From Macrostomum lignano (lineage: Eukaryota): a DNA stretch of 64,000 nt. The DNA lies in assembly GCA_002269645.1 (NCBI GenBank), contig NIVC01000211.1, positions 620,001 to 684,000 on the forward strand, given 5' to 3'. The notes below the pieces were generated by a model. That model was not told the origin of the DNA and did not search any database. It saw only the letters and a program-made list of their open reading frames with translations. A program made the position numbers and the translations under genes. Below, in pieces: positions 52,209 to 64,000 of this stretch (within the stretch, counting starts at the first letter, position 1; each line of letters opens with the position of its first letter).

Positions 52209-54505
52209 CTGGTCCCAGAGAAGCAGCAACGCCAGGCAGTTGCAAGCTTGCTGCACTGGCTGGCCAGCTGCTATCAGCTTGATGAGGCAACTCTGACTGA
52301 AACAGCTGGTCAGCTCTCCAGTCTGTCAGATGGTCAGCTTCGCGACCTGTTGGCTGCAGCGACTGCTGCTAATGAAGTCTGTTTGGACTCTGTGCCACCA
52401 TCCATACCCACCAGTTCATGCTGCATCCCACTGCCTATCAATCTTAAACCGCGACTGCTGGTTTGTCGCCTGCGTAGATGGACAGATTTGGATGACAATT
52501 CAGAGGAACTGTTACGAGTTTGTCGATGCAGTGTAGAAAATGGGAATGCCAATGGTAACTCTTCAAGCGAGCCTGCTACTGATAGTACTAGCGTAGGTGC
52601 TGGATTTGATGTCTTTTGTTGGTAAGTTGAATATCAACTTACCAAGAATATCAAGAATAGCCCATGCCCTTGCTATGTTTTGGCCGTCTCAAAAGTTTAC
52701 TCAAGTAGCCTATTTAGCTTTGTACTAACCGCGGCCATCTCTGCTTAACTTTTGCCCAAATCAGGTTTCATCAGGAAGATTGTAAAGTCTATGAAAGTGC
52801 TGTATATTTGCAAGTTTTTTAGAGCATATCCTAATCATACTACTTTTGTGGCCCATGCAGTCAGTAGTCTGGGTGGTTTCGTTTGAATCATGGTGTCATT
52901 TGGTATCCTAGGCCTAAAACCTCAGTGTTTAAATGAAGTTTGATGGATATCAGTGCCATATTTAGAGCTGAAATGGGGTTGTAGTCTTAGTGGTGAGAGC
53001 GTCGGACTCCCGGCTGAAAGGTCGGGGGTTCGATTCTCGATCCCAGTCCAAACAATTTGTGTCCTTGAGCAAGACACTTAACTCTGCATTGCTTCAGTTC
53101 ACCCAGCTGTAAAATGGGCGCCAGCATTAGCTGGGGTAATTGAGGGTGTGTGGCGACCCAGTCCTTGGACTGAACAGCCGTACGCAACCTTTTCATTTTT
53201 GCTAAGGCATATTGGCAGTAGTATAGTGTGCGTTAAACAGTAGTGAATTTATTTTTTTCCAATCAACTGCACTGCAGCGCCAATCCCATGCACTACACTC
53301 GCCGGGTCTGGTGCACGGCATTCTATTACGAACTGGATAGTCGGGTTGGCGATGCCTTCAAGGCGAACGAGCCCTGCCTGCGCATTGACGGCGGCGGTGG
53401 CGGCAGCTTTGATCGGGTCGGTCGCCGAAGGTTTTGCCTGGCGCCGCTGTGGAATGCCGACAGACCGGCGGCGGCCCATGTGGTGCGCCGGTGCATTGGT
53501 CAGGGCCTGCTGCTTCAGCTGTGCCGCGGTGGCACCGTCTACCTGCAGTGTCGATCGCCAGTGCCCGTGAGCGCCTTTATTGTTAGTTGCTAATGTATTC
53601 GTGTTGCTAAACTTTACGTTTTACGGTTTAAAGGGTTCTAATTTGGGTTTTTACTGAGTTCTAATTGGGGTTTTACTGGATTTTAATTAAGGTTTTACTG
53701 GATTCTAATAGTGGTTTTTCCTGGGTTCTAATTGGGGTTTTGCTGGATTCTAATTGTGGTTTTACTGGGTTCTAATTGGGGCTTAAAGGGTTCTAATTTG
53801 GGTTTTTACTGAGTTCTAATTGGGGTTTTACTGGGTTCTAATTGAAATTTTATTGGGTTTGAATTGGGGTTTAAAGGGTTCTAATTTGGGTTTTTACTGA
53901 ATTCTAATTGGGACTTTAGTGGGTTCTAATTGGGGTTTTTACTGGGTTCTAATTAAGGTTTTACTGGGTTCTAATTGGGGTTTTGCTGGATTCTAATTGT
54001 GATTTTATTGGGTTAAATCTAAACCAAATTTTGGTTTAGATTAGGTTCATGTAGTTAGAATTTACTGGGGATAGACTTAATGATTCCCATTTTTATTGAA
54101 TGGCTTCTAAATTCTATGAATCCATGATCTATATGGGCTGATTCACTAACAGTGCATCAATCAAGCCACTCCGTCCACTCCAACCCTCAGGTCTTTGTCC
54201 AGTCGCCCAACGCTAGTCTGCAGCGCGGCTGGCACCCCGCCACGGTTTGCCGGGTGCCCCCTGGCGGCAGCCTGTGCGTGTTCTCCGACCAGCTCTTCCT
54301 CCAGCACCTGTCCGACTGTAGGCGCTTTGAAGATGCCTACAGCTTGATCAGAATGTGCTCGATTCGGATTTCATTTGCCAAAGGTTGGGGCAGCGACTAT
54401 CGTAGGCAGAGGATCACTGCCACGCCTTGTTGGCTGGAGATTGTGCTGGCTAAGCCGCTTGTTTGGCTTGACCGAGTTTTAGTTGCTATGGGCGGGCCCA
54501 GCTGA
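52209..54505 (+). CDS. smad: Atypical Smad (degenerate MH1 directly fused to an R-Smad-like MH2); exons 52209-52621, 53278-53566, 54191-54505; 5' exon(s) not located
   Basis: MH1-like CCIPLP..KPRLLVCRLRRWTDL..EL..VCRC...CCANPMHY. MH2 WCTAFYYELDSRVG, RFCL, IGQG, VFVQSPN..GWHPATVCRVPPG, RMCSIRISFAKGWG.DYRRQ.ITATPCWLE, PLVWLDRVL..MG.P. Junction phases are consistent. Confidence 0.92.
52975..53187 (+). mobile_element. tRNA-derived CORE-type SINE, copy 2 (3'-truncated), in a Smad intron
   Basis: Closely similar to 39047-39270, with box A/B and the CORE-like segment. Confidence 0.85.
53630..54015. repeat. Degenerate about 21-bp repeat (GGGTTCTAATTGGGGTTTTACT)n in the last Smad intron
   Basis: Direct. 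Confidence 0.9.
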
Positions 54506-55817
54506 CGGGCTATTATGGTTCTACTACTGTTAATAACGCTAATAGCACCGCAGGCAAGATTCTGGGGAGCATGCATGTTTCATATATGAATATGAAACTC
54601 TACGCTCTATGAATATCAACAGAGCTATTAAGCTAGGCACAACAAATCAAAATATGAAAATTGGGTCGTCTTACTCTACAAAAAAGTTCCGTGAAAATTT
54701 TCAATTCTAATTTACAAAATCCAGGGATGCTATGGTGTGTGTGAGTGTGCTATGTCAAAACACAATGATTGTGTTATTAACACATTTGTTTTTTGCAATA
54801 TTACACTTTCGTTTTATTTGTACTACTTTGTAGTAGCATCTAATGCTTGACTTTTAATTTGCAATTATTTACTTTGTTTTAATTAGTTACAATTTACTTC
54901 GAGTACATGTAATTGACTAATTTTTCGGCTGCATTAAATGCAACTCTGTATAAACATATCTGCACATGTATGCTTCGATCATGTATTACCTGAAGTGGCT
55001 GTCTGCATTTCCCTTGAATCAGCTTACTCTCGGCTCAATATTCGTCTTTTCCCACGAGTCTTTTGCCAATCTGCTTGTTTTTCTCTCACAACTCGTTGCG
55101 CCATCGCAAGATTTCTACTTTTATCAGTCCAATGATTTTATTGTGGGTTTTAATAACGAAATAAATGACGCCTTAAATGCATACGTTTTTAATGTATATA
55201 TATGCTTGCAAGCTTTCCAGTCTTTGTATTTCCATAAGTAATATTCAAAATGATATAATCTTAGCATATTTTAGTTTTTTAAAACTGTGCAAGTTGTAGC
55301 TGTTGAAGAAATTTCTTGAACAAACCGGAACTGTATTACAGTAGGCCTAGCGCAAAGAGATAGTGAATATCGTTGATGAGAGGGATAATTATTGAATAGC
55401 ATAATTTTGCTACACAGCTCTTCAATGTAATTTTTTTTTAAAACCTGTTTTGTTTAAAGCATATTTACCACATATTATTGCAATCAAGGACTTACTCAAG
55501 TAGGACGGCAGACTGTTTCTTGCAAAATTTTCGGAGGCAGTTGGTAGAATAAAAAAAAACTTAGAATCCCAACTTTCTAAATAAATAAAGCTTTATGAAT
55601 ATCAATAGAGCTATAAGAAAGGCACAACATATCCAAAGATGAACATAGGGTCTGCCTCCTATCTAAAGCAATTACAATTTTTGTGCTGAAGAAAATGAAA
55701 ACGTCCCATTTCCGTAGTGTGTTTTTTCGAGAAAAATCTGCCATAGTAAACACTATTATGCAATAGAAATCCTAATTAGAAGTCTCATCTCGCCTCTTTA
55801 GTATCTTTAATTTATAT

Positions 55818-58233
55818 CTATATAGTTACGAGCGTATCCTTAGAATTGTCGAAATCATTCAGCTGTTTCTTGCTCCATTGACCCTGAACAATGCCAAAGC
55901 ATCCGATCCATCCTTTCAAGCAGTTTTCTTTCGTCGATCCGCAGTCTCCAACAATGAGGCATTGGAAAGATTGGCTGCTGCTGCTGCTTTGATGTCGGCT
56001 TTGATTTTTTAGCGGCGCCAAACTTAGTGTTCCATTTGCGTAAAACAACACCTGTGAGCCTTGTTGGGTAAATCCGTATCCCATATCTGACGGAAGTGAA
56101 CCAACAGGAAAACTGCCCTTGGTTCCGAAGTAATTGTACCTTTGCGGAGCAGCTGCCGGCATGTAACGGTACCACAGTTTTCGGTTGCGCGGTCTGGCAA
56201 CCAACCTGCATCCCAATTGTCCACTTTCACCACAGTCTCTGATGCAAAAAAATGGCGTTGCTGGTGTCACTAAAATTTTACGTTGAAATTTGCAGTTAAG
56301 TTAGACTTTCTACAGCTGCATACGGATTAATCTAGAATCTTTATTCTCTTTTACAATCACTTACTTCTCGTGCAAAAATAGTCTGGCTCGCATGAACACG
56401 GTCACATTTGGCTCGGGCACAAACAGAACCTCGATTCCGTCAGCCGTGCTCACACCGATGAAGGAGCCAGACTCTCCCGTCACGAACGCGACCACAGACC
56501 GGTTGAGCACAGCCGACACGAGCACCGGAGTGTGCGGATTCCGGTGCACAGACGCCAGGTTGAACGAGCCCACACGGAAGTGGTACAGAATCCGCAGCGA
56601 GCTCACCGCGATGCTGCTGGGCAGGTCGGTCGTGTGAGCTGCAATTCGATAACGATGTAACGATATGAGCACAGCTGCAGTCACACACTGCATGGGCACA
56701 GCTGCAGTCACACACTGCATGGGCACAGCTGCAGTCACACACTGCATGGGCACAGCTGCAGTCACGCACTGCATGGGCACAGCTGCAGTCACACACTGCA
56801 TGGACACAGCTGCAGTCACGCACTGCATAGGCACAGCTGCAGTCACGCACTGCATGGGCACAGCTGCAGTCACACACTGCATGGGCACAGCTGCAGTCAC
56901 GCACTGCATGGGCACAGCTGCAGTCACACACTGCATGGGCACAGCTACAGTCACTCACTGCATGGGCACAGCTGCAGTCACGCACTGCATGGGCACAGCT
57001 GCAGTCACGCACTGCATGGGCACAGCTGCAGTCACGCACTGCATGGGCACAGCTGCAGTCACGCACTGCATGGGCACAGCTGCAGTCACACACTGCATGG
57101 GCACAGCTGCAGTCACACACTGCATGGGCACAGCTGCAGTCACACACTGCATGGGCACAGCTGCAGTCACGCACTGCATGGGCACAGCTGCAGTCACACA
57201 CTGCATGGACACAGCTGCAGTCACGCACTGCATGGGCACAGCTGCAGTCACGCACTGCATGGGCACAGCTGCAGTCACACACTGCATGGGCACAGCTGCA
57301 GTCACGCACTGCATGGGCACAGCTACAGTCACGCACTGCATGGGCACAGCTGCAGTCACGCACTGCATGGGCACAGCTGCAGTCACGCACTGCATGGGCA
57401 CAGCTGCAGTCACGCACTGCATGGGCACAGCTGCAGTCACACACTGCATGGGCACAGCTGCAGTCACGCACTGCATGGGCACAGCTGCAGTCACGCACTG
57501 CATGGGCACAGCTGCAGTCACTCACTGCATGGGCACAGCTGCAGTCACGCACTGCATGGGCACAGCTGCAGTCACGCACTGCATGGGCACAGCTGCAGTC
57601 ACGCACTGCATGGGCACAGCTGCAGTCACGCACTGCATGGGCACAGCTGCAGTCACGCACTGCATGGGCACAGCTGCAGTCACGCACTGCATGGGCAAAG
57701 CTGCAGTCACGCACTGCATGGGCACAGCTGCAGTCACGCACTTCATGGGCACAGCTGCAGTCACGCACTGCATGGGCACAGCTGCAGTCACGCACTTCAT
57801 GGGCACAGCTGCAGTCACGCACTGCATGGGCACAGCTGCAGTCACGCACTGCATGGGCACAGCTGCATTCACTCGTGACTTCTCACCCTGCTGGAACTTT
57901 GCCAGCCTCCGCCTGTTCACAAACGAGTCGCATTGGCCGTGTCCGTACAGCCATGCAGTGAGGAAGGCCTCGGCAGTCGCCAGCAGACACCAGCGATGCT
58001 CACCGACCATGCTGGCAGCTGCACAGCTCTCTGTTGTGTGACAGCTCAGCACGCAGCCAGCGATGCTACTGTCAAGCAGTTGATGAAGCGCCAGCCTCCT
58101 TACTCCTCCAGTAATAGAGAGCAAGAGACGGACAGGCGCGCAGTCTTTCGTAGTCAGTTATGCCTATGGTATCCGCCGAAGAGCCAGAGAGGTAGCAGCA
58201 GCAAAGGGCGAAGTATGCAATGAGATTTTTCAT
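55818..58233 (-). pseudogene. PAN/Apple + LamG/ConA-like gene, copy C; exons 58233-57887, 56638-56365, 56269-55818; two apparent +1 frameshifts (near 58125, and in a T7 run near 56250)
   Basis: ATG at 58233 gives signal peptide MKNLIAYFALCCCYLSGSSA. PAN exon and exon 2 are nearly identical to copies A/B. C-terminal FQCLIVG...LKGWIGCFGIVQGQW. The frameshifts could be real or sequencing errors. Confidence 0.78.
56667..57870. repeat. 27-bp minisatellite, about 44 units, intron 1 of copy C
   Basis: Same unit as in copies A and B. Confidence 0.97.
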
Positions 58234-59254
58234 TTACTATGGAGTTCTTTGAGTCCAGGTATTTTTCTCTGCTGCTTGTTAAGCTGGTTCGTTGTCTATT
58301 ATATATAGATTATACTAGCTCTCGCGCGTCAGTTAAGTGTTTGAAGGTTTTGACAACAATGCGATCACTGTAGGAAATAGTGTCGCTTGAGCAGCCAAGG
58401 GAACAGGGCGCAGCTGTTTCAGGCATGAAAGAAAGGAGCTCCCTGAGGCTTTTGACGATAGCTGTCTGGCTCACATGTATCGGGTGTCTTTTTCCACAGG
58501 CTACATGCAAACAATGTAGATGCAGCTGACTGCAGCTGGATTCTGCCTTTAAACACGCTTGTCAATAATAGTCGTTGAACTATATTCTATTCAAGCTTCT
58601 TACCTGCTGTATTCATACACATTCATACACATCATACACTGCAACTGAGTACCTGTGTTTCATGAAGACAGTTTGAAGTTCCCATGCCTAGTAGTAGCTA
58701 TGAGCTAGAAAATCCGGGTGCTTAGTGAATTCAATCTCGCTTTTTCAAAGCCAAATTTATGCTATGACTCGAGGCGGTTACTAGCCTTTTAGGCATGTGA
58801 TATAATATGTGGAAGTCAATTAGAATAAGGAAGTGAATCGAAATCAGGATTAGCTCGTACGAGCTACGCGTCGAAATTAAGGTCTATTCCATGTCCGTGC
58901 GCGGCCCAGCATTCATTTGGGGCTTTCTGTACGCTAGTCTAGTTAGCTGTGCATCCCCCTTGTGCTTTCGCTGGACCCTTCCCCCTTTTTGCTCTCTCGT
59001 TCAGTTTATGGCCGCCCGTTAGCGGAGCCCATCCCACGCTAAAAATAGCCCGTTAGCGGGGTCCGCCCCAGAGTGGGCATGGGCTCCCTTAGCGCGGGCC
59101 AGCCCACAATGGTTGGGATATGCCATTGTGGGGCTGTGGAGAAGCAGACGCCAGAACTTGACTCGCATCTGTTGGCAAGATACATGGCACTAATTCAAAA
59201 AAATTTTTTCCGCGTGAGCGCTAATTGCATTGACCTTGCCAGGGCGCTAAAATA

Positions 59255-59700
59255 GGCGCCGAGAAGCTGAAATTGGCGCCGGAATATTGAAATTGGCACC
59301 GGAATATTGAAAGTGGCGCCAAGAAGTAGCAAACTGATATACGCTGCCCCTTGTGCGCTGTTCACGCTGATTTGGGGATCCTGGCGCCAAATTTGGGGAT
59401 CCTGGCGCTTATTTAGGGATCCTGGCGCGGATTTGGCTTCTGGCGCCAATTTGAGTTTTCCCTCGCCAATTTTAGCTTCCAGCGCTGGTTTGGGCCTTTT
59501 GGCGCTGATTTGGGGATCCTGGCGCTAATTTTGCTTTTGGCGCCAATTCAAGCTTTCCCGCGCCAATTTGAGATTTCCGGCGCTGATTTGTGCTTTCTAG
59601 CGCTGGTTTTGGCTTTTGGCGCTGCATTCAGCATTCCGGCGCTGATTTGGGGATCCTGGCGCCAAATTTGGGTTCCGACGCCAATTCGAGTTTTCCCGCG
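59255..59700. repeat. Degenerate GGCGCC-rich repeat cluster (GATTTGGGGATCCTGGCGCC motif), probably a non-autonomous TE relic
   Basis: The motif recurs at least four times in full, with many partial copies. Confidence 0.7.
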
Positions 59701-60034
59701 CCCTTGGATAAGCATAAGTTATTATTCATTTGATAGAGAGCAAGGTCTCCTAAATACAAACCTATGGCAAAGTGTACAACAGTCTATAAATTGTCACCAT
59801 GTGAGGCCACTTGTACATTTTGTCATCTTCACGAAAATCAACAATGATGCGACCGAATGTTCCACCGAAACGAACTTGCTGACCTGAGCACGAGGAGTTC
59901 ACATGCCCTTGGTTAGGATACTAGCTGATTCATTAAAACGTTTAATACGCTCGTAATTGATCCAAAAGATAGTGCACGTGAATTTGTTAAAGCTGGCCTT
60001 AGAAAGCATCCTATGTTCGTCTTAATACTATCTA

Positions 60035-60392
60035 CTAGAGCTCGCACGATATAAAACCACTGACCGGGGACGAATCCGCGATAGTTTGGCAGCTGCCAGC
60101 AGATGAAGTCGCAGCATCGCGGTTGTTCACGTCATCCACACTTTTCTCAGCCGTCCATCGACGCCTAGCATCGAAGATAGCGAGTGCGTTGTGCGTCACC
60201 ATGGGGTAGCCGGCTCCGTACTGGAACCGGGCCTGCGGCACATGACCAGTGAAACCGGACATGAAATAGCGGACTGGACTGTCTCTGGGCAGGCTGTAGG
60301 GCAACCAGTTGAGACCGTGCAGCTCGTGACTTGAACTTTGGTTGCTGCTGCTGGTAGCGAAACTTGGCGTGTGCTTCAATCGGTGTGGGACA
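60035..60392 (-). CDS. Last exon of a FAM166/CIMIP2-like (DUF2475) ciliary microtubule inner protein gene
   Basis: YFMSGFTGHVPQARFQYGAGYPMVTHNALAIF matches the family motif PGY/FTGHVP..F..G.xY..T..AL. Pyrimidine-rich acceptor at 60394-60393; the exon begins VPHRLK, like the tail of a preceding repeat. Upstream exons not found. Confidence 0.65.
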
Positions 60393-61470
60393 CTTTAAGA
60401 AGAAGATATGTTTCAATATAGCTTCGACCCCTTAGTAGATTTTTAGATTTTGGATTGCTACTTCAAGTATATTATATTACAAGTATATTACGAGTACAAG
60501 TCTACTTTTCTGTGAAATTCGATAGAAACTCAAAAGTTGACATGGCTATCATATTTTTTTATATTTCCACAATGCATGTTATAGAAAATTTCAACTTAAC
60601 GAATCGAAACAATTCTTGTTTAAGCGCTCTCATAAAACCTGTAAAAAGCCACAAGTCACTGGCATCGAGTCACTCAGCGGAAAAACAGACACCTGAAATA
60701 AGTTTACAAAAAATATTAGCAGCAAACCGTTTCTGGAGTAAAAAAGCATGTGCTCAAAGGAGCAGTAGGTAAAATTGCATATTACGGCGCGAATAGCTTA
60801 TACTCATAGTTAGGCTGTTTACGAGCAAACGCCATTAATTGTCTTCATCAATAACATATAGCTAGTGCATTATAGTTGCACGCTCACTTCATGGTCACTT
60901 GAGTGTTTTTATGCATTTGCCTCAGTTGGTCGCAGGCAGGGGTCCTGAGCCATGGCCTGGTTCAGCTTGAGTCGCACTAATTGGCTATTTCTTCTGGCCA
61001 AACTTCTACTAGGACTTTGGGGTCAGCAATGCAGAGTGCCAAGCGAAAATAAAATGCAACATACACGTGAGTTTACGATAAGCGACGCAAAGATAGAAAA
61101 GCAATTTAGTGGTGTAGCTAGCTGTATATTTTGACCCAGAAACACATACTGTATGGTTGATGAGTTTCCTCTCTAAAGAGTGTGGCCTCTCTTTAGGGCC
61201 GGCAAGCTTGGCCTCTCGACAGCTTCAAGAAGTGCAACTTTGTCACGGACACGGTGTGATGGGCAAAGCAATCAACATGAGAATTAGCTAAGTGTTCACG
61301 TGTTTTTCGTAAGAAATTATAATAGCTGTTTTGAGGGCAGCTATAATTGCATGCCAATTATGCTAAGCTCCTTGGTTGAAGGTGCTGTTGAGCCACAGCA
61401 GCTTAGCTTGCAGTCCCTCAAAGCTACGAGTATATAAGCTGCTTTTAGAATCACACTGCTTGAAACTTAC

Positions 61471-61736
61471 CATGCATTGATGGCGAGGCGAAATTTCTAG
61501 CTTAATTCCAGTTATTGCAAGAATTATCCATCTGCTTTTTGTCAATCGAGTAAGATGTGCTTTTGCTTAAAACAAAAGGCGCTCTGGACTGCCGGATGCG
61601 TCTCGACAAACTCATTAGCCACGCACAGGACGGCTTCGATGGCTTTGTAATTGCTGCTGATGTCGGTAGCGCAGACGAACAGCAAGCCGACTGGCAGTGA
61701 GGCAAGCAGGCACTGTGGCAGCACTAGCTTGCGCAT
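61471..61736 (-). pseudogene. Possible decayed signal-peptide + PAN-like first exon (fifth family member)
   Basis: Hydrophobic leader MRKLVLPQCLLASLPVGLLFVCA, then YKAIEAVLC..SAFC, two in-frame stops, and a phase-1 G|GTAAGT donor as in the other first exons. Similarity is weak. Confidence 0.3.
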
Positions 61737-62235
61737 GCTGGCTCAAATCGTGCTTGATTAGTAAAGAAGAATAGCTAAGCAAGCATACGAGAGTAGCTAT
61801 AGTTTTCGATTGGGATGGATTTGTGAAATATATATGGTTGGCAAAGCTTTCAAAATTTCGACAGTAGATTGACATGATTTCATATTTGGTAGGATTTCCT
61901 ACAGCTCTACATATCCCTGCCTTCAGCGAGAAAAGCTCTGTGACAATTATGCGTACTTGAGGGCTTAATTTGATAGGATAAATCGACTGAAGAGAGCTTT
62001 TTGAGTCGTAAATCCATTTATAGTCACTGGTTTGAGCTGCTCAGGTGTTAGAGAACTGAGGGTTCATTTGACGAGGAAAGTGCTACTTCAATGCTCTTGA
62101 AAAATCCAACATGCCATTAGGAAATCAATTAAATATAGGATTCCACCTTTAAAAATTACATCGTTTAAATAATAAGCTGAAAGGTCCTCAAAAAATACGA
62201 GTCCTAAATTTTTAGAATTTTGAGAATCGTGTTGT

Positions 62236-62950
62236 CAGCGCTCATTTTAGCGCCGCAGGCACTCATTTTAGCGCCGCAGGCACTCATTTTAGCGCCGCAG
62301 GCACTCATTTTGGCGCCGCAGGCACTCATTTTGGCGCCGCAGGCACTCATTTTAGCGCCGCAGACACTCATTTTACCCCCACAGGCACTCATTTTGGCGC
62401 CGCAGGCACTCATTTTAGCGCCGCAGACACTCATTTTACCCCCACAGTCACTCATTTTACCCCCACAGGCACTCATTTTGGCGCCGCAGGCACTCATTTC
62501 AGCGCCGCAGACACTCATTTTGGCGCCGCAGGCACTCATTTTAGCGCCGCAGACAACTCATTTTAGCGCCGCAGGCACTCATTTTAGCGCCGCAGGCACT
62601 CATTTTGGCGCCGCAGGCACTCATTTCAGCGCCGCAGACACTCATTTTACCCCCACAGGCACTCATTTTGGCGCCGCAGGCACTCATTTTAGCGCCGCAG
62701 ACACTCATTTTAGCGCCGCAGACAACTCATTTTAGCGCTGCAGACACTCATTTTGGCGCCGCAGGCACTCATTTTAGCGCCGCAGACAACTCATTTTAGC
62801 GCCGCAGGCACTCATTTTAGCGCCGCAGGCACTCCCTTTACCCCCACAGGCACTCATTTCAGCGCCACAGGCACTCATTTTACCGCCGCAGGCACTCATT
62901 TTAGCGCCGCAGACACTCATTTTACCGCCGCAGGCACTCATTTTGGCGCC
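62236..62950. repeat. 21-bp tandem repeat (GCGCCGCAGGCACTCATTTTA)n, about 34 copies
   Basis: Direct periodicity. Confidence 0.96.
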
Positions 62951-64000
62951 GAAGGCGCTATATATTGGCGCCCTGAAGAAAGATTATTGATTACTACAAC
63001 GAGCCACAAAGTGGGGTGGGGGGGACAAAGCATTGGCATGTCCCCCCCAAGAGCTTTTACTGGAGGGACATGCCCACCCCCCGGTGGCGACGCGCCTGCT
63101 TACACCTATAGAACACCGGGGAAGAAACCACCTGCATGTACATGTAGAAACATCTTCGTACAGGGTAGAATATACATTCTTGCAGTTATCTTTAAACGAT
63201 CCAAGTTTTTCAAACTTTAAAAAAATTCCTGTTTTTGCTTCTGATATGCTGGAGATAATTCAGCTCTACCAAAAAGCAGTGAAATGCTCTCCTAGAAAAA
63301 TCTTTTATTAGCATTTAAACCCCAAAAGGTTAAAGAAAGCTTTTATGCACTGGAGTTTAATTTTTTTGCAACTTAGTTAATGGATATTCAAAGAATATTC
63401 CATGTTCTGCCGTCATATTCTATTTACGGTCTGCTTTCTTCTCCAAGCCTCTTTGTGTGCTCAGTGCTCACTTTGCGACCCCCTGGCTAGTACAAGCTTT
63501 CCTTTTGTGTAATGTGTAAACCCTCTTAAGTTCGAAGGCGGCAATCTCATTCTGTCTGCCAGCCCACGTACAGCCCTTGAGTACATTGACAGCCAAATAA
63601 GAACTTAGCCCCTGACCTTTCATTGTACTGTGGCTATCAACTTTCTAATAAATTAAATTGGTCTCGTTTGAGTTTCATAGTTGCGTTTTCTAAAGCATTT
63701 GTCCTATGCTAATGTGGATTGGCTTTATAGTCAAGGGCTCAAGTAAAGAAAAGTTGGTCCGCGAGCGCAAACCCACCCCCAGGTTGAGGGGGGAGGGTGC
63801 TCTGGTGTGGCAGGGCTCAGTCAGAATAATAGAATACACCGCTCTACTTTCATTCCATTTGCACAGTGGAAATTTCCGGGAAACCTTCCACTGTAGACGG
63901 CCAACGCGGGACAAGTTAAAATATGTATATAACCAGACTAGAAACTGGAATTCTTATTTTATAGGGTGCTACGGAACTCAGTGAGGCCCGCCAGCCATGG

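Noticed and set aside
54015-54042. 12-bp-arm palindrome AATCTAAACCAA-ATT-TTGGTTTAGATT (and similar small ones near 51900 and 58855)
   Set aside because: Short AT-rich palindromes at repeat edges are expected by chance or slippage, and no function can be supported.
54600-55680. About 70-bp imperfect direct repeat at 54605 and 55592
   Set aside because: Short, diverged and AT-rich; probably relics of a small dispersed repeat, with no TSD or TIR seen.
56955-57524. Selenocysteine decoding of the TGA codons in the copy C repeat
   Set aside because: The region is bounded by good splice sites shared with copies A and B, the same variant unit occurs in other frames there, and no SECIS was identified.

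Overview
This is eukaryotic (metazoan) genomic DNA, not prokaryotic: it has GT-AG spliced genes, many simple repeats and many transposons. The gene content and intron-filling minisatellites suggest an invertebrate such as the flatworm Macrostomum, but that is inference only. Host genes I could reconstruct by hand: the 5' end of an Erbin/Densin/Scribble-type LRR gene (-), a cluster of four secreted PAN/Apple + LamG/ConA-like genes (copies A-D, plus a possible decayed fifth exon), a candidate neuropeptide precursor, an EGF/TSP1/TM membrane protein gene, a complete six-exon calumenin/reticulocalbin gene ending in HDEL, an atypical Smad, and a FAM166-like last exon. Mobile elements include a nested stack of hAT > Harbinger > Gypsy, each with its target-site duplication intact, a young 6.66 kb EnSpm/CACTA-type element with an intact 766-aa transposase inserted in a PAN exon, a mariner fossil, RTE and LOA/I-type LINE fragments, two tRNA-CORE SINEs and several MITEs. 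The most interesting signals are: (1) PAN-LamG genes with near-identical 5' modules joined to deeply divergent 3' exons; (2) a Smad with no MH1-MH2 linker, no DNA-binding hairpin and no SSXS tail; (3) consistent CpG-deamination footprints in the transposons. All exon calls are manual, and single-base frameshifts could be assembly errors.
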